The translations under genes and the position numbers were made by a program. Below the pieces are notes generated by a model that saw only the letters and a program-made list of their open reading frames with translations, was not told the origin of the DNA and ran no database searches. DNA of 64,000 bases from positions 127,513 to 191,512 of IMG/VR virus record IMGVR_UViG_3300045972_000138. The stretch is one strand, 5' to 3'. Below are positions 49,428-57,813 of this stretch, one piece after another; the stretch's first letter is position 1, and the number at the start of each line of letters is the position of its first letter. Origin of the DNA: a virus.

Positions 49428-49526
49428 AAAGGTCCCTATACAAAAGCTTTCATTCACCTCTATGCGTGACTGCCACCTATTCAAATAGTAGTTGCTCTAC
49501 TTCCTATTTAATGTATAATAGGAAGC

Positions 49527-50030
49527 ATGAAGCAAATACTTATACTCCTAGCAATGGTGCCTACAACGCTGTATAACACAGTATGCCCTAAAATGCCAAA
49601 GATGGATGCCGCACAAGAAAAGTGCTTGGCTACTACCATTTACGGAGAAGCACGTAGCGAACCCGAACAAGGGCAGGTTGCAGTGGCTTATACACTACTA
49701 AATCGCGCTAAAAATAAGACCATATGCGATGTTGCACTAGCACGCAAGCAATATAGTGTATTCAACAATAATCCTACATTACGAGCAATAGCGACATCCT
49801 TGCACCTGTTACCAGAACAGAAAAATACAATTGACCAAAAGAGTTGGGAAATGGCTGTTCGTGTTTCAAGGATAGTTATGTATGGATTAACACCAGACCC
49901 AACTAACGGTGCTACTCATTACATTGCTGACAAGGTCATGAAAGTAAAAGGATACAAATATCCTAAGTGGTCAAAAGAATATAAGGTTGTGGCAACCATC
50001 AGCAACCATAAATTTTATAAAATCGGTTGA
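49527..50030 (+). CDS. cell wall hydrolase, SleB family (candidate endolysin)
   Basis: TIYGEARSEPEQGQVAVAYTLLNRA and THY motif; RBS AGGAAG sits in hairpin 49500-49525. Confidence 0.65.
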   Translation: MKQILILLAMVPTTLYNTVCPKMPKMDAAQEKCLATTIYGEARSEPEQGQVAVAYTLLNRAKNKTICDVALARKQYSVFNNNPTLRAIATSLHLLPEQKNTIDQKSWEMAVRVSRIVMYGLTPDPTNGATHYIADKVMKVKGYKYPKWSKEYKVVATISNHKFYKIG

Positions 50031-50055
50031 CTGGTACAGGTCGAACTCATACAAT
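50027..50055 (+). promoter_or_regulatory. sigma70-like promoter TTGACT-N17-TACAAT
   Basis: upstream of 50075 with TAAGGATTATATG leader. Confidence 0.5.
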
Positions 50056-50074
50056 AAATAGATCTAAGGATTAT

Positions 50075-50956
50075 ATGTCTATTAAGTACACCTTGTCGGT
50101 AATTATGTTGGCCTCACTGGTTGCTTGTGGAGGTGGGGGCGGAGGTAGCCCAGGCAGCGATGTTGCATCACCTACCAGATTACCAGTTAACGGTATTGTC
50201 TTATCTGCAGATCTGGCACCGGCCAATCTTAGTTGCACCGATTATGTAGAATACGATACAGGTAATGGCAGACTAACCAATAATGTCTGGAATAAACAAG
50301 CAGCAGGAACATTTCCGTACGCACAATGCATCACAGCTAAAGGACCACTATCAGCAAAGGTGTATGGATGGTCGTGGAATTGGCCTGCGAACTCTGGCAG
50401 TGTATTTGCCTATCCAGAAATAGTGTACGGATGGAAACCGTGGAACGGCGGATCGAGTAATGTACCTACATTGCCTATACGTGTTTCGGCAATTACCACT
50501 TTACGTTTCTCCTATGATCTTACTGTGACAACAAACGGTAAACACAATGTTTCTACATCTATGTGGTTAACAAGCAACGGTGCGACGAGTAATAAACCGG
50601 ACTCGTCGCATATCACAACCGAGTTTATGATATGGACAGATGGATATGATTTTCATCCTGCTGGTAATTTGGCAGCAATATATACAACCCAAACGGGAAC
50701 ACAATACGAGGTATGGTTTGATCCATATCAAACCGATGCATCGGGGCAGAATGCAAATGTATGGAAATATGTTGCGTACCGTGCAGTAGTTCCTAGTCTT
50801 ACGCCAACTATCGATTTGAAATTAATACTGCAAGATGCAGTAACAAGAGGATATGTTTCGGCTACCGATTATGTATCTAATGTTGAACTTGGAAACGAAA
50901 TTATGTCCAGTTCAGGTCAAACGTGGATTAACTCTATTTCGTTAGTAGCACAATGA
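50075..50956 (+). CDS. secreted lipoprotein, possible GH12-like glycoside hydrolase
   Basis: lipobox LVAC then Gly run; EFMIWTD resembles GH12 nucleophile motif E-x-MIW; second GNE. Confidence 0.5.
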   Translation: MSIKYTLSVIMLASLVACGGGGGGSPGSDVASPTRLPVNGIVLSADLAPANLSCTDYVEYDTGNGRLTNNVWNKQAAGTFPYAQCITAKGPLSAKVYGWSWNWPANSGSVFAYPEIVYGWKPWNGGSSNVPTLPIRVSAITTLRFSYDLTVTTNGKHNVSTSMWLTSNGATSNKPDSSHITTEFMIWTDGYDFHPAGNLAAIYTTQTGTQYEVWFDPYQTDASGQNANVWKYVAYRAVVPSLTPTIDLKLILQDAVTRGYVSATDYVSNVELGNEIMSSSGQTWINSISLVAQ

Positions 50957-51079
50957 AACTTACAACATATCAAAAACACCTATTCTCCAGATTCAAACTT
51001 CGCGGTGACTATGTCACTTGGTGTTTTAATTCTAAAGGGTGGTTGCGTATTCATCGATTCATTATCCGCTGGCGTCTAG

Positions 51080-51110
51080 TTGACATCAACGCCGTAAGCT
51101 GTGCTATAAT
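51080..51110 (+). promoter_or_regulatory. promoter with extended -10 (TGCTATAAT), -35 TTGACA at 19-bp spacing
   Basis: likely drives the tRNA array. Confidence 0.45.
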
Positions 51111-51276
51111 ACACTCAGCAGTGTGAGTGCAGTCCTATATAGTAGGCATACAAATAAGTCCTACTATATTTTATGCAGATAATGCTTGCTAGAGTCATAA
51201 ATAAGTGCTACAATAAGCACTTAGCAAAACAAATAGTTGATCGCAACTGTTTGTGGTAAGTTCTTTAACAAAATAT

Positions 51277-51363
51277 GCGAGTGTGGCGAAATAGGTAGAC
51301 GCAACAGACTTAAAATCTGTCGGGGGCAACTTCATGCCGGTTCGATTCCGGCCACTCGCACCA
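51277..51363 (+). tRNA. tRNA-Leu (anticodon TAA), type II long variable arm, CCA encoded
   Basis: acceptor GCGAGTG/CACTCGC perfect; anticodon stem ACAGA/TCTGT loop CTTAAAA; T-arm GCCGG-TTCGATT-CCGGC; 15-nt variable arm. Confidence 0.85.
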
Positions 51364-51518
51364 TAGTTTATGTCCCTGTCGGTGGAGAGCGACACCTCCG
51401 CGCTTAACGGCAATGCAGAAATGCAAAGGATACGAAAGTATCAAGGGACTCCAATTTTAAGGGATACTTACAGCAATTTTAATTCACCGTAAATGAAACC
51501 AAAAAGGTATCCTGTTTA

Positions 51519-51593
51519 GCCCTTGTAGCAGAGTGGTAATGCACGCGCCTTGTAAGCGCGGGATCTGGTGTTCGATTCACCACGAGGGCACCA
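51519..51593 (+). tRNA. tRNA-Thr (anticodon TGT), CCA encoded
   Basis: acceptor GCCCTTG/CGAGGGC; anticodon stem CGCGC/GCGCG loop CTTGTAA; T-arm TGGTG-TTCGATT-CACCA. Confidence 0.8.
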
Positions 51594-51684
51594 TATTAGA
51601 ATGCACTAACTGAGTACAAGGCTCAGCGTGCGAATTCAGTAACTAAGCCTCAAGAGGAAGCTATAGTGCATTCTAATATGGTGT
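51589..51684 (+). repeat. long hairpin H1 of the CCATAT...ATATGG family (16-bp stem, 59-nt loop); 5' arm starts on the CCA of tRNA-Thr
   Basis: CATATTAGAATGCAC / GTGCATTCTAATATG perfect. Confidence 0.8.
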
Positions 51685-51790
51685 GTTGATCGTTAAATCA
51701 AAAAGTAAAGCGAAGTACAAGCTAGCCAATAGACCCGCGAACGTACTTAGAATCGTTCATGACAGTGAAAGCCTGTAAGGGGAGATTAAC

Positions 51791-51859
51791 ATACCATATT
51801 AGAACACACTACGACTCTAACGAGGGCTGGTTCACCGGTAGTGTGTTCTAATATGGTAT
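51791..51859 (+). repeat. long hairpin H2 (20-bp stem, 29-nt loop)
   Basis: ATACCATATTAGAACACACT / AGTGTGTTCTAATATGGTAT. Confidence 0.8.
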
Positions 51860-51928
51860 ACCGATAGCCCAAAGATAAGAGGCAAGTATAATTACTGACA
51901 GTGCAGGTTAGATTCCTGTTCGGATACT

Positions 51929-52073
51929 ACCATATTAAACTACATTCGTTGATCGGTGAGCCCAGGGCAGATCCGCAAATGTCGAAGTGTTGTTACACAC
52001 AGTTTCGGTCCTTGCCATATAGTGCTTGGTATCGGGTAAGACGGTTTAATTCCGCAGTGTAGTTTAATATGGT
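51929..52073 (+). repeat. long hairpin H3 (15-17-bp stem, ~110-nt loop)
   Basis: CCATATTAAACTACA / TGTAGTTTAATATGG. Confidence 0.75.
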
Positions 52074-52190
52074 GATGTAATGTCCTCGCAAGGGACTGTG
52101 GCAGAGCAACGCGGATCGTTATACGGCAATGCTCAAGAGAATGCAACCACATGGGGCAAGAGTAAGTGAACGTGAGTAACCGATTACCTC

Positions 52191-52317
52191 TACCATATCA
52201 ATCCGCAAAGCTCTTGCGACGGGGCTTTACAGGACGGGAATTGACCCGAAACGTGTCGCAGCGTTGGCATCTGGTAAGGATGCATAGCCTGAATTAACAG
52301 GGCGGATTGATATGGTG
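52191..52317 (+). repeat. long hairpin H5 (15-bp stem, 95-nt loop)
   Basis: ACCATATCAATCCGC / GCGGATTGATATGGT. Confidence 0.75.
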
Positions 52318-52858
52318 TGCTAAGTTAAGTGCCTTAAACTGAAAGAGAATGAAAAGTAGAATTGCAGCTAATGTAGCCTGGCCAGGTACGGCATTAGACG
52401 TTCTAGTTAGTAGATTTCTGGAGGGGTAGTTTAGTGTAATAGGAGCACGCAACCTTTATGGCGCCGAAGAACGGTGCGATACCGTGGCTATTAAAGGTGC
52501 TTAACTTAGATTTCCGAAGCTTGTAATCAAGCCTGACACGACAGCATAACGTGGGTTGGACCTTAGCCAAGTAAAAATATTAAGGTGCAGTATTGCCATG
52601 CATAGAAGTGTGATAGTTTACGGGGCGGAGTTCTTAAAACTACCCTGGTATGGTCCTAATCATTAGGCCAAAGAAAGTGTTGTTAACGACACCAAAGTCA
52701 TCCTAGACTGGAAAAACTAGGGTGCATATATTTTAAAGATTTGCCTCAGTACCTCAGTGGATTTGTGATTGTACTACTTTAAAGGAACGTTTAGTAGGGA
52801 TTGCACTTTAAAGACGAATGCTTCTTCTTGCACAGATGCGCGATCTGGAATGGTTTTA

Positions 52859-52932
52859 GTTGAAGTCAATACTGTAGAGGGCCGGATTTCTAATCCGAAA
52901 GTCGGGGGTTCGATTCCTTCCTGCGGCACCAT
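52859..52932 (+). tRNA. degenerate tRNA-like element (T-arm + CCA, TCT anticodon-like loop); possible tRNA-Arg pseudogene
   Basis: GGGGG-TTCGATT-CCTTC T-arm, CTGCGGC-A-CCA 3' end, CCGGA-TTTCTAA-TCCG loop; no canonical 5' acceptor strand or D-arm found. Confidence 0.25.
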
Positions 52933-53002
52933 ATAGAAACACATTTCCGACAGTAGGCGGAGGTGACAATGTCCATTCGGGTGAATGTGTTTCTATATGG
53001 TA
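52929..53002 (+). repeat. long hairpin H4 (18-bp stem, 38-nt loop); 5' arm starts on CCA of the tRNA-like element
   Basis: ACCATATAGAAACACATT / AATGTGTTTCTATATGGT. Confidence 0.8.
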
Positions 53003-53292
53003 TGAAGCGTACTGTAACACTTAGTGGGAAAGCGCCTTCTGTTGTATATGATTTAGCAACTCACCTCTGGTAAATCACGACAGGAGAAAGTTACAGCCAT
53101 TTTTATTATGGTAAATGCGGAGACTGATCCGCGAGTTAGGTTGCGTCACCGGGTGGCTTATTTTGCCAAGATCACATCAGATTGAGGCTACACTCCTACC
53201 GCGGAAATTGGGTGATGTCCGAGGGTCTGAAGCGTAAGATGAGTAGTAGGAAAATCTAAATAATGCAGGAGATCAGTACCTGTTACCATTTT

Positions 53293-53431
53293 TATAGAAA
53301 GCTTCCTGAGTAGCTACACTGGAACAACTGAAATACTAATGCCAGCCCCGAAAAAAGTGGGAAAGTTTCTTAGGACCAGCCAGGAAGAGTAGGGCTACCA
53401 CGAATTCGAGCGTCACAGGAAGCTTTCTATA
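53293..53431 (+). repeat. long hairpin H6 (16-bp stem, 107-nt loop), shares TATAGAAA with H4
   Basis: TATAGAAAGCTTCCTG / CAGGAAGCTTTCTATA. Confidence 0.7.
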
Positions 53432-53443
53432 GATAAATACTGT

Positions 53444-53659
53444 ATGGCCACAATCAAGCGAAAATCTAAAATGACAGATGATGATTTCAGACGCGATTTC
53501 GAAGACAGTGTCATTATGGAAGAACTTGATTTTGATACCATACCAATGGAACTATTAGCAGAATTTGAAGCAATGTCTATACAGTCAAAAGGTATAGACC
53601 AGGATGTACAAGAACATATAGAAACTGAATTTGATCAATTACGTGACACCTATCTATAA
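53444..53659 (+). CDS. hypothetical acidic protein (71 aa)
   Basis: ORF. Confidence 0.5.
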   Translation: MATIKRKSKMTDDDFRRDFEDSVIMEELDFDTIPMELLAEFEAMSIQSKGIDQDVQEHIETEFDQLRDTYL

Positions 53660-53874
53660 TGCTATTAAACATATTAAAACTCCTAGTGGTGGGCAAGCCA
53701 AAGGCCGCAACTAAAACGCCAAAGTACGAATCCTGGTACAATTCCGATATACGACTGTGGACTGCACAATTTAAAAATGATTCTGGTGATCAGATTGGTA
53801 GTGCAGGATTTGGTGCCAACAAATCTTCAGCAATTGAAGATCTATTCTACCAAAACATAGACATACTAGAATAA
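53659..53874 (+). CDS. hypothetical protein (71 aa)
   Basis: ATAATG overlap. Confidence 0.5.
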   Translation: MLLNILKLLVVGKPKAATKTPKYESWYNSDIRLWTAQFKNDSGDQIGSAGFGANKSSAIEDLFYQNIDILE

Positions 53875-53909
53875 TTGTGTTATACTAACCACAACTAAGA
53901 AAGATTGCT

Positions 53910-54416
53910 ATGGACATTGTATACAAAGCGCGGGTATTTGCTACTGCTGCACACTACGCGGTTAAACAGGTGCGGAAGTACACTGGTGAACCTTACATCG
54001 TGCATCCAGCAGAAGTAGTTAACATTCTGTACAAATATGGTGCAACAGACGAAATGGCTGCTGCAGGATGGTTACACGACACAGTGGAAGACACTGGTGT
54101 CACAATCGATGTCATTTACTACGAATTTGGGCAAACCATCGGCGAATATGTGAATTGGTTGACTGACCAAACCAAGCCCGAAGATGGTAACCGTGCCGTA
54201 CGAAAGAAGATGGATGCTGATCGTTTAGCACTGGCACCAGCCGAAGTGCAGACTGTAAAGTATGCTGACCTGATCTCCAATACCAGGTCCATTACTGAAT
54301 ATGATGCAGGTTTCGCTAAAACATATTTGGTTGAAAAGGCTTACCTGTTAAGCGTAATGACAAAGGGTAATCCGCACCTTTACGAACTTGCGATGAAGAA
54401 TATTGTATCAGTCTAA
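53910..54416 (+). CDS. (p)ppGpp hydrolase, SpoT/Mesh1-like HD domain
   Basis: YIVHPAEVVNIL...AAAGWLHDTVEDTGVTIDVIYYEFG matches RelA/SpoT HD block HxxxV...LHDvvEDT. Confidence 0.7.
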   Translation: MDIVYKARVFATAAHYAVKQVRKYTGEPYIVHPAEVVNILYKYGATDEMAAAGWLHDTVEDTGVTIDVIYYEFGQTIGEYVNWLTDQTKPEDGNRAVRKKMDADRLALAPAEVQTVKYADLISNTRSITEYDAGFAKTYLVEKAYLLSVMTKGNPHLYELAMKNIVSV

Positions 54417-54562
54417 GGTACTCTATGAAATACGCTAAAATTGCGGTTGGAATCCTATTTGTGTTAGTGCTAGTCAAAGGTCTTCTGTTTATCTCTAGTG
54501 AAGAGAACAGTATTAGACTGAATACTGACTGGGGCATCGCAAAAGATCATCCAATAAAATAA

Positions 54563-54590
54563 TTGACTTTGTTTAAATTACTGCTATAAT
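54563..54590 (+). promoter_or_regulatory. sigma70 promoter TTGACT-N16-TATAAT with TGc extended -10; leaderless to ATG 54597
   Basis: -10 ends 6 nt before ATG. Confidence 0.5.
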
Positions 54591-54596
54591 ACATAT

Positions 54597-56015
54597 ATGA
54601 CATACCAACTTATTAAAGAAATCGCATCTGATAACTCCAAGCTTCACAAGGAAGCAGTTATCAAGCGCGAAGCACTTGCAAACAATAGCGATTTCTTTGC
54701 AGGCCTGCGCTATGCACTGGACAATATCGACACCTTCGGTGTTAAGAAGGTTCCAGAACGCAGTGGGCCCGACGGCCCTGGGTTGCCGTTTATTGGATTT
54801 GCTGCATTAGCGAACCAACTCATTGAACGCAATATTACTGGCGGCGCTGCATTGGATGCAATTGAAAAAGGTATGCGTCTTGCAACCAACGATGAGTGGA
54901 ATGGCTGGTATCGTCTCATTCTGATTAAAGATTTGAAGGCAGGCTTCTCCGAGAGTACTGTTAACAAGGCAATCAAAGATACCCACCCGCAATGGGTAAT
55001 TCCAACTACGCCGTATATGCGCTGCACATTGCCAGCCAAGTCCAACATGGAAGACTGGGATTGGAGCAAAGGTATTTACAGCCAAACCAAGGCCGATGGT
55101 ATGTTTGCTAATGTGAACATCCGTCAAGATGGTTACTTGTGGGTTACTAGCCGTGGTGGTACATTGTTTCCACCCGGTAGCCTGGGCATCGAAGATCAGC
55201 TTGTCGCAGTGTTCGATAAGGGCACACAGACGCACGGCGAACTTACTGTCTATATCGATGGTGTGTTGCAAGCTCGCGAAATCGGCAATGGTATCTTCAA
55301 CAGTCTGCTTAAAGGCGGATCGTTGGAAGCAAACCAGAAGGTGCATTACGATTGCTGGGATCAGATTCCAATTGCCAAAGCACTACCTAAGGGCAAGTAC
55401 GAGATTGGATACGAAAAGCGGTTTACTGTTTTAAAGATTCAGGTTGATACTGCAAAGAAAGATTCAGTAACTGCACACTTGGATCCAATTGAGCTTACCG
55501 AAACGCGCATTGTGTTCTCTATGTCTGAAGCTGTAGTGCATTACAAGGAACACCGTGCTCGCAAGTTGGAAGGCACAATCCTTAAGGCACCTACTACAAT
55601 TTGGAAGGATGGCACATCCAAAGACCAAGTTAAGATGAAGGAAGAGATTGACGTTGAGTTGAAGGTAATTGGCTTCAATCCTGGCAAGGGCAAGAATGCA
55701 AACACATTTGGTTCTATCCAGTGTGCAAGCGAATGCGACTTGCTGGAAGTAAATGTGTCTGGTATGAGCGATGATATGCGTGCTGCTATCCACGCAGACC
55801 GTCTGAACTGGCCCGGTAAGATTATTACTGGTCGTTCCAACTCGCTGCTGGCTCCAAGCAAAGGTAAGAAGAATGGTAAGTGGTCTCTGTTCCTCCCGCG
55901 CTTGATTGAAGAGCGTATGGACAAGACTGTTGCCGATACATTGGAACAGATCCAAGCTCAGTTTGCTGCTGCTGAAGCTGCTGTTAAATCTACCGAAGAG
56001 GATAGCGAAGAATGA
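54597..56015 (+). CDS. ATP-dependent polynucleotide ligase (DNA ligase-like)
   Basis: motif I TKADGMF (KxDG), motif III HGELTVYIDG, motif IV EGTILK; 472 aa; DNA vs RNA substrate not resolved. Confidence 0.65.
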   Translation: MTYQLIKEIASDNSKLHKEAVIKREALANNSDFFAGLRYALDNIDTFGVKKVPERSGPDGPGLPFIGFAALANQLIERNITGGAALDAIEKGMRLATNDEWNGWYRLILIKDLKAGFSESTVNKAIKDTHPQWVIPTTPYMRCTLPAKSNMEDWDWSKGIYSQTKADGMFANVNIRQDGYLWVTSRGGTLFPPGSLGIEDQLVAVFDKGTQTHGELTVYIDGVLQAREIGNGIFNSLLKGGSLEANQKVHYDCWDQIPIAKALPKGKYEIGYEKRFTVLKIQVDTAKKDSVTAHLDPIELTETRIVFSMSEAVVHYKEHRARKLEGTILKAPTTIWKDGTSKDQVKMKEEIDVELKVIGFNPGKGKNANTFGSIQCASECDLLEVNVSGMSDDMRAAIHADRLNWPGKIITGRSNSLLAPSKGKKNGKWSLFLPRLIEERMDKTVADTLEQIQAQFAAAEAAVKSTEEDSEE

Positions 56016-56164
56016 ACGAAGAAATGGTAACCATCACTAAAGCAGAATACGATCAACTCTGTAAGGACTCTGAGTGGCTTGGCTATCTCGAAGCGGCTGG
56101 TGTTGACAACTGGCAAGGTATCGACGAAGCAATACAGATGCGACGAGAGGACAACGAAGAATGA
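56012..56164 (+). CDS. mini-protein (50 aa)
   Basis: ATGA overlap with ligase stop. Confidence 0.3.
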   Translation: MNEEMVTITKAEYDQLCKDSEWLGYLEAAGVDNWQGIDEAIQMRREDNEE

Positions 56165-56292
56165 AAGACTGCCCTGATTGCTGGCAAGAAGTAATCGATG
56201 CAGACACAACTGAGTGCGAAAGCTGTGGCTTTAAATTTGTTGAGTTGATTGCTAATGAACACGATTGGGAAGAAATAAGTGAAACAGTATAA
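56161..56292 (+). CDS. zinc-ribbon mini-protein (43 aa)
   Basis: CPDC...CESCG. Confidence 0.3.
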   Translation: MKDCPDCWQEVIDADTTECESCGFKFVELIANEHDWEEISETV

Positions 56293-56491
56293 AATTTTAG
56301 ATACTATCTATTTGGGATTCTTAACTCATAATGATTCTTACGAATTGTTTATTGATCCGGGGTTTGGGCATTTGAAATTTGACGGTAGCGATATTGTGTA
56401 TATTGATGCACACGGCGGCGAACACGTTTCGCACACTACAAACAACGCGATCGATATTTGGTTAGAACAAGGAAAGATTGAGGTGATGTAA
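56279..56491 (+). CDS. hypothetical protein (70 aa)
   Basis: GTG start. Confidence 0.45.
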   Translation: MKQYKILDTIYLGFLTHNDSYELFIDPGFGHLKFDGSDIVYIDAHGGEHVSHTTNNAIDIWLEQGKIEVM

Positions 56492-56762
56492 TGAAAGAAG
56501 AATTGTTAAAACTTCTTTACAGTCAACGCAGTCAAGTAATAGCAGACAGCGAACCCGACGAATTCGATTGTCTAGTTGGCCTTGTCGAAGATGGTACAAT
56601 TAGTACCTTTGAAGAACTTGCAGAATATGGCGTTGAGAAATAACTTTCGAAATGGGGATGCGTTAGGTCAAGATTATAAACCTGGAAGAACCCTATATAT
56701 GTTTAACTAGGGTCCTAATGTTCGGTTCGAGACCGAAGCGAAAGTATCTATAAGGAGATGAA

Positions 56763-56939
56763 ATGTTTGCTACATTGGTATTCTGTATTGTGATGTCGTT
56801 ATTTGCAGTGGGATGTGTTGTTAAACCGCACTCAGATGCAAGGCGCGGAGATGTTCTTAAAACGTGGCTTGTTATGTTTTCGTCTTGCTGCATTGTATCG
56901 TTTCCAGTGCATTGGGCATTTGTTGCGCTTTTTTGGTAA
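56763..56939 (+). CDS. small membrane protein (58 aa)
   Basis: RBS AAGGAGA; two hydrophobic helices. Confidence 0.4.
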   Translation: MFATLVFCIVMSLFAVGCVVKPHSDARRGDVLKTWLVMFSSCCIVSFPVHWAFVALFW

Positions 56940-57324
56940 TAAATACTTTACACAACTGATGAGTCCTTAAGGACGAAATTACAGAAGTAGTAGGATAAGG
57001 GATGGGATTCTCCTTCTGTAATATTGTGTTATAAACATTTATATCGGTAGATAATACAACCACTATGGCATTACAAGCATCATAAGAGGTGAATGGTGCT
57101 TAACGCTATATGCATTTAAACTAAGATATTAAAGGTAACTATGCGCTCATCCACACGCAGGGAGAATATATCCAAAGGATTCTAATTTTTGCCAAACAGA
57201 CCTGTTGGCGGTCTAGTCCATCATATGACTTTAAGGTGCCTATGAATAATATAATTATCGGATGAAAAATCCAAACCGCTCTCGTCACTGCTCATCGGGC
57301 GAGATGTAATATGTAAGCAGATTG

Positions 57325-57349
57325 GAGGGCCCACTTCGGTGGGCTTTCT
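57325..57349 (+). terminator. rho-independent terminator
   Basis: GGCCCAC-ttcg-GTGGGC then TTTCTTTT. Confidence 0.65.
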
Positions 57350-57367
57350 TTTGACCACAAATAGTTG

Positions 57368-57396
57368 TTGACTGGTAGTGCTTCCTGCGTTATAAT
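57368..57396 (+). promoter_or_regulatory. sigma70 promoter TTGACT-N17-TATAAT
   Basis: consensus. Confidence 0.65.
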
Positions 57397-57425
57397 AAAG
57401 ACATACACAGCAACCAGGATACACA

Positions 57426-57809
57426 ATGTATACCAAGTATATTGAAGCACTGCGAATGATGGACGAAGTTATTGCAGTAGGCAAGGACGAGAAACAGACA
57501 CTTACCAAGTGGGACGAGTTGTTTACTTACATCCACGCTAACTTCGAATCCCCACATATCGGCAAGGCGGCTGAAGGATATGATGTACGTGTAGATTACA
57601 ACTATTGCCGGCCTGTAATCGACGGATCCTTTCGTGAAAATATGGAGGAAGTTATCCGCAGCATTCCGCCTATATTGCTCGACATTGTGTGGCCAATTGG
57701 TATTGCACGTTTCCTGCTACGCGAAAATCGTGTGAAGTTTAACCATCGCTGGTCTACTACATTTGGCGAATTCCACGACCGTTACGGCTATATGATTTTG
57801 GAGTGCTAA
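57426..57809 (+). CDS. hypothetical protein (127 aa)
   Basis: ORF. Confidence 0.55.
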   Translation: MYTKYIEALRMMDEVIAVGKDEKQTLTKWDELFTYIHANFESPHIGKAAEGYDVRVDYNYCRPVIDGSFRENMEEVIRSIPPILLDIVWPIGIARFLLRENRVKFNHRWSTTFGEFHDRYGYMILEC

Positions 57810-57813
57810 TACT

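Noticed and set aside
52320-52860. Search for additional tRNAs in the 540-nt spacer between H5 and the tRNA-like element
   Set aside because: No TTCGA/TTCAA T-loop with a flanking acceptor helix found; only local hairpins (e.g. GGGGTAGTTT...AAACTACCC long-range pairing), so no tRNA was called.
56717-56737. T-loop-like GGTTCGAGACC suggesting a tRNA
   Set aside because: It is only a 5-bp hairpin (TTCGG/CCGAA) with no acceptor, D or anticodon arms and no CCA context.
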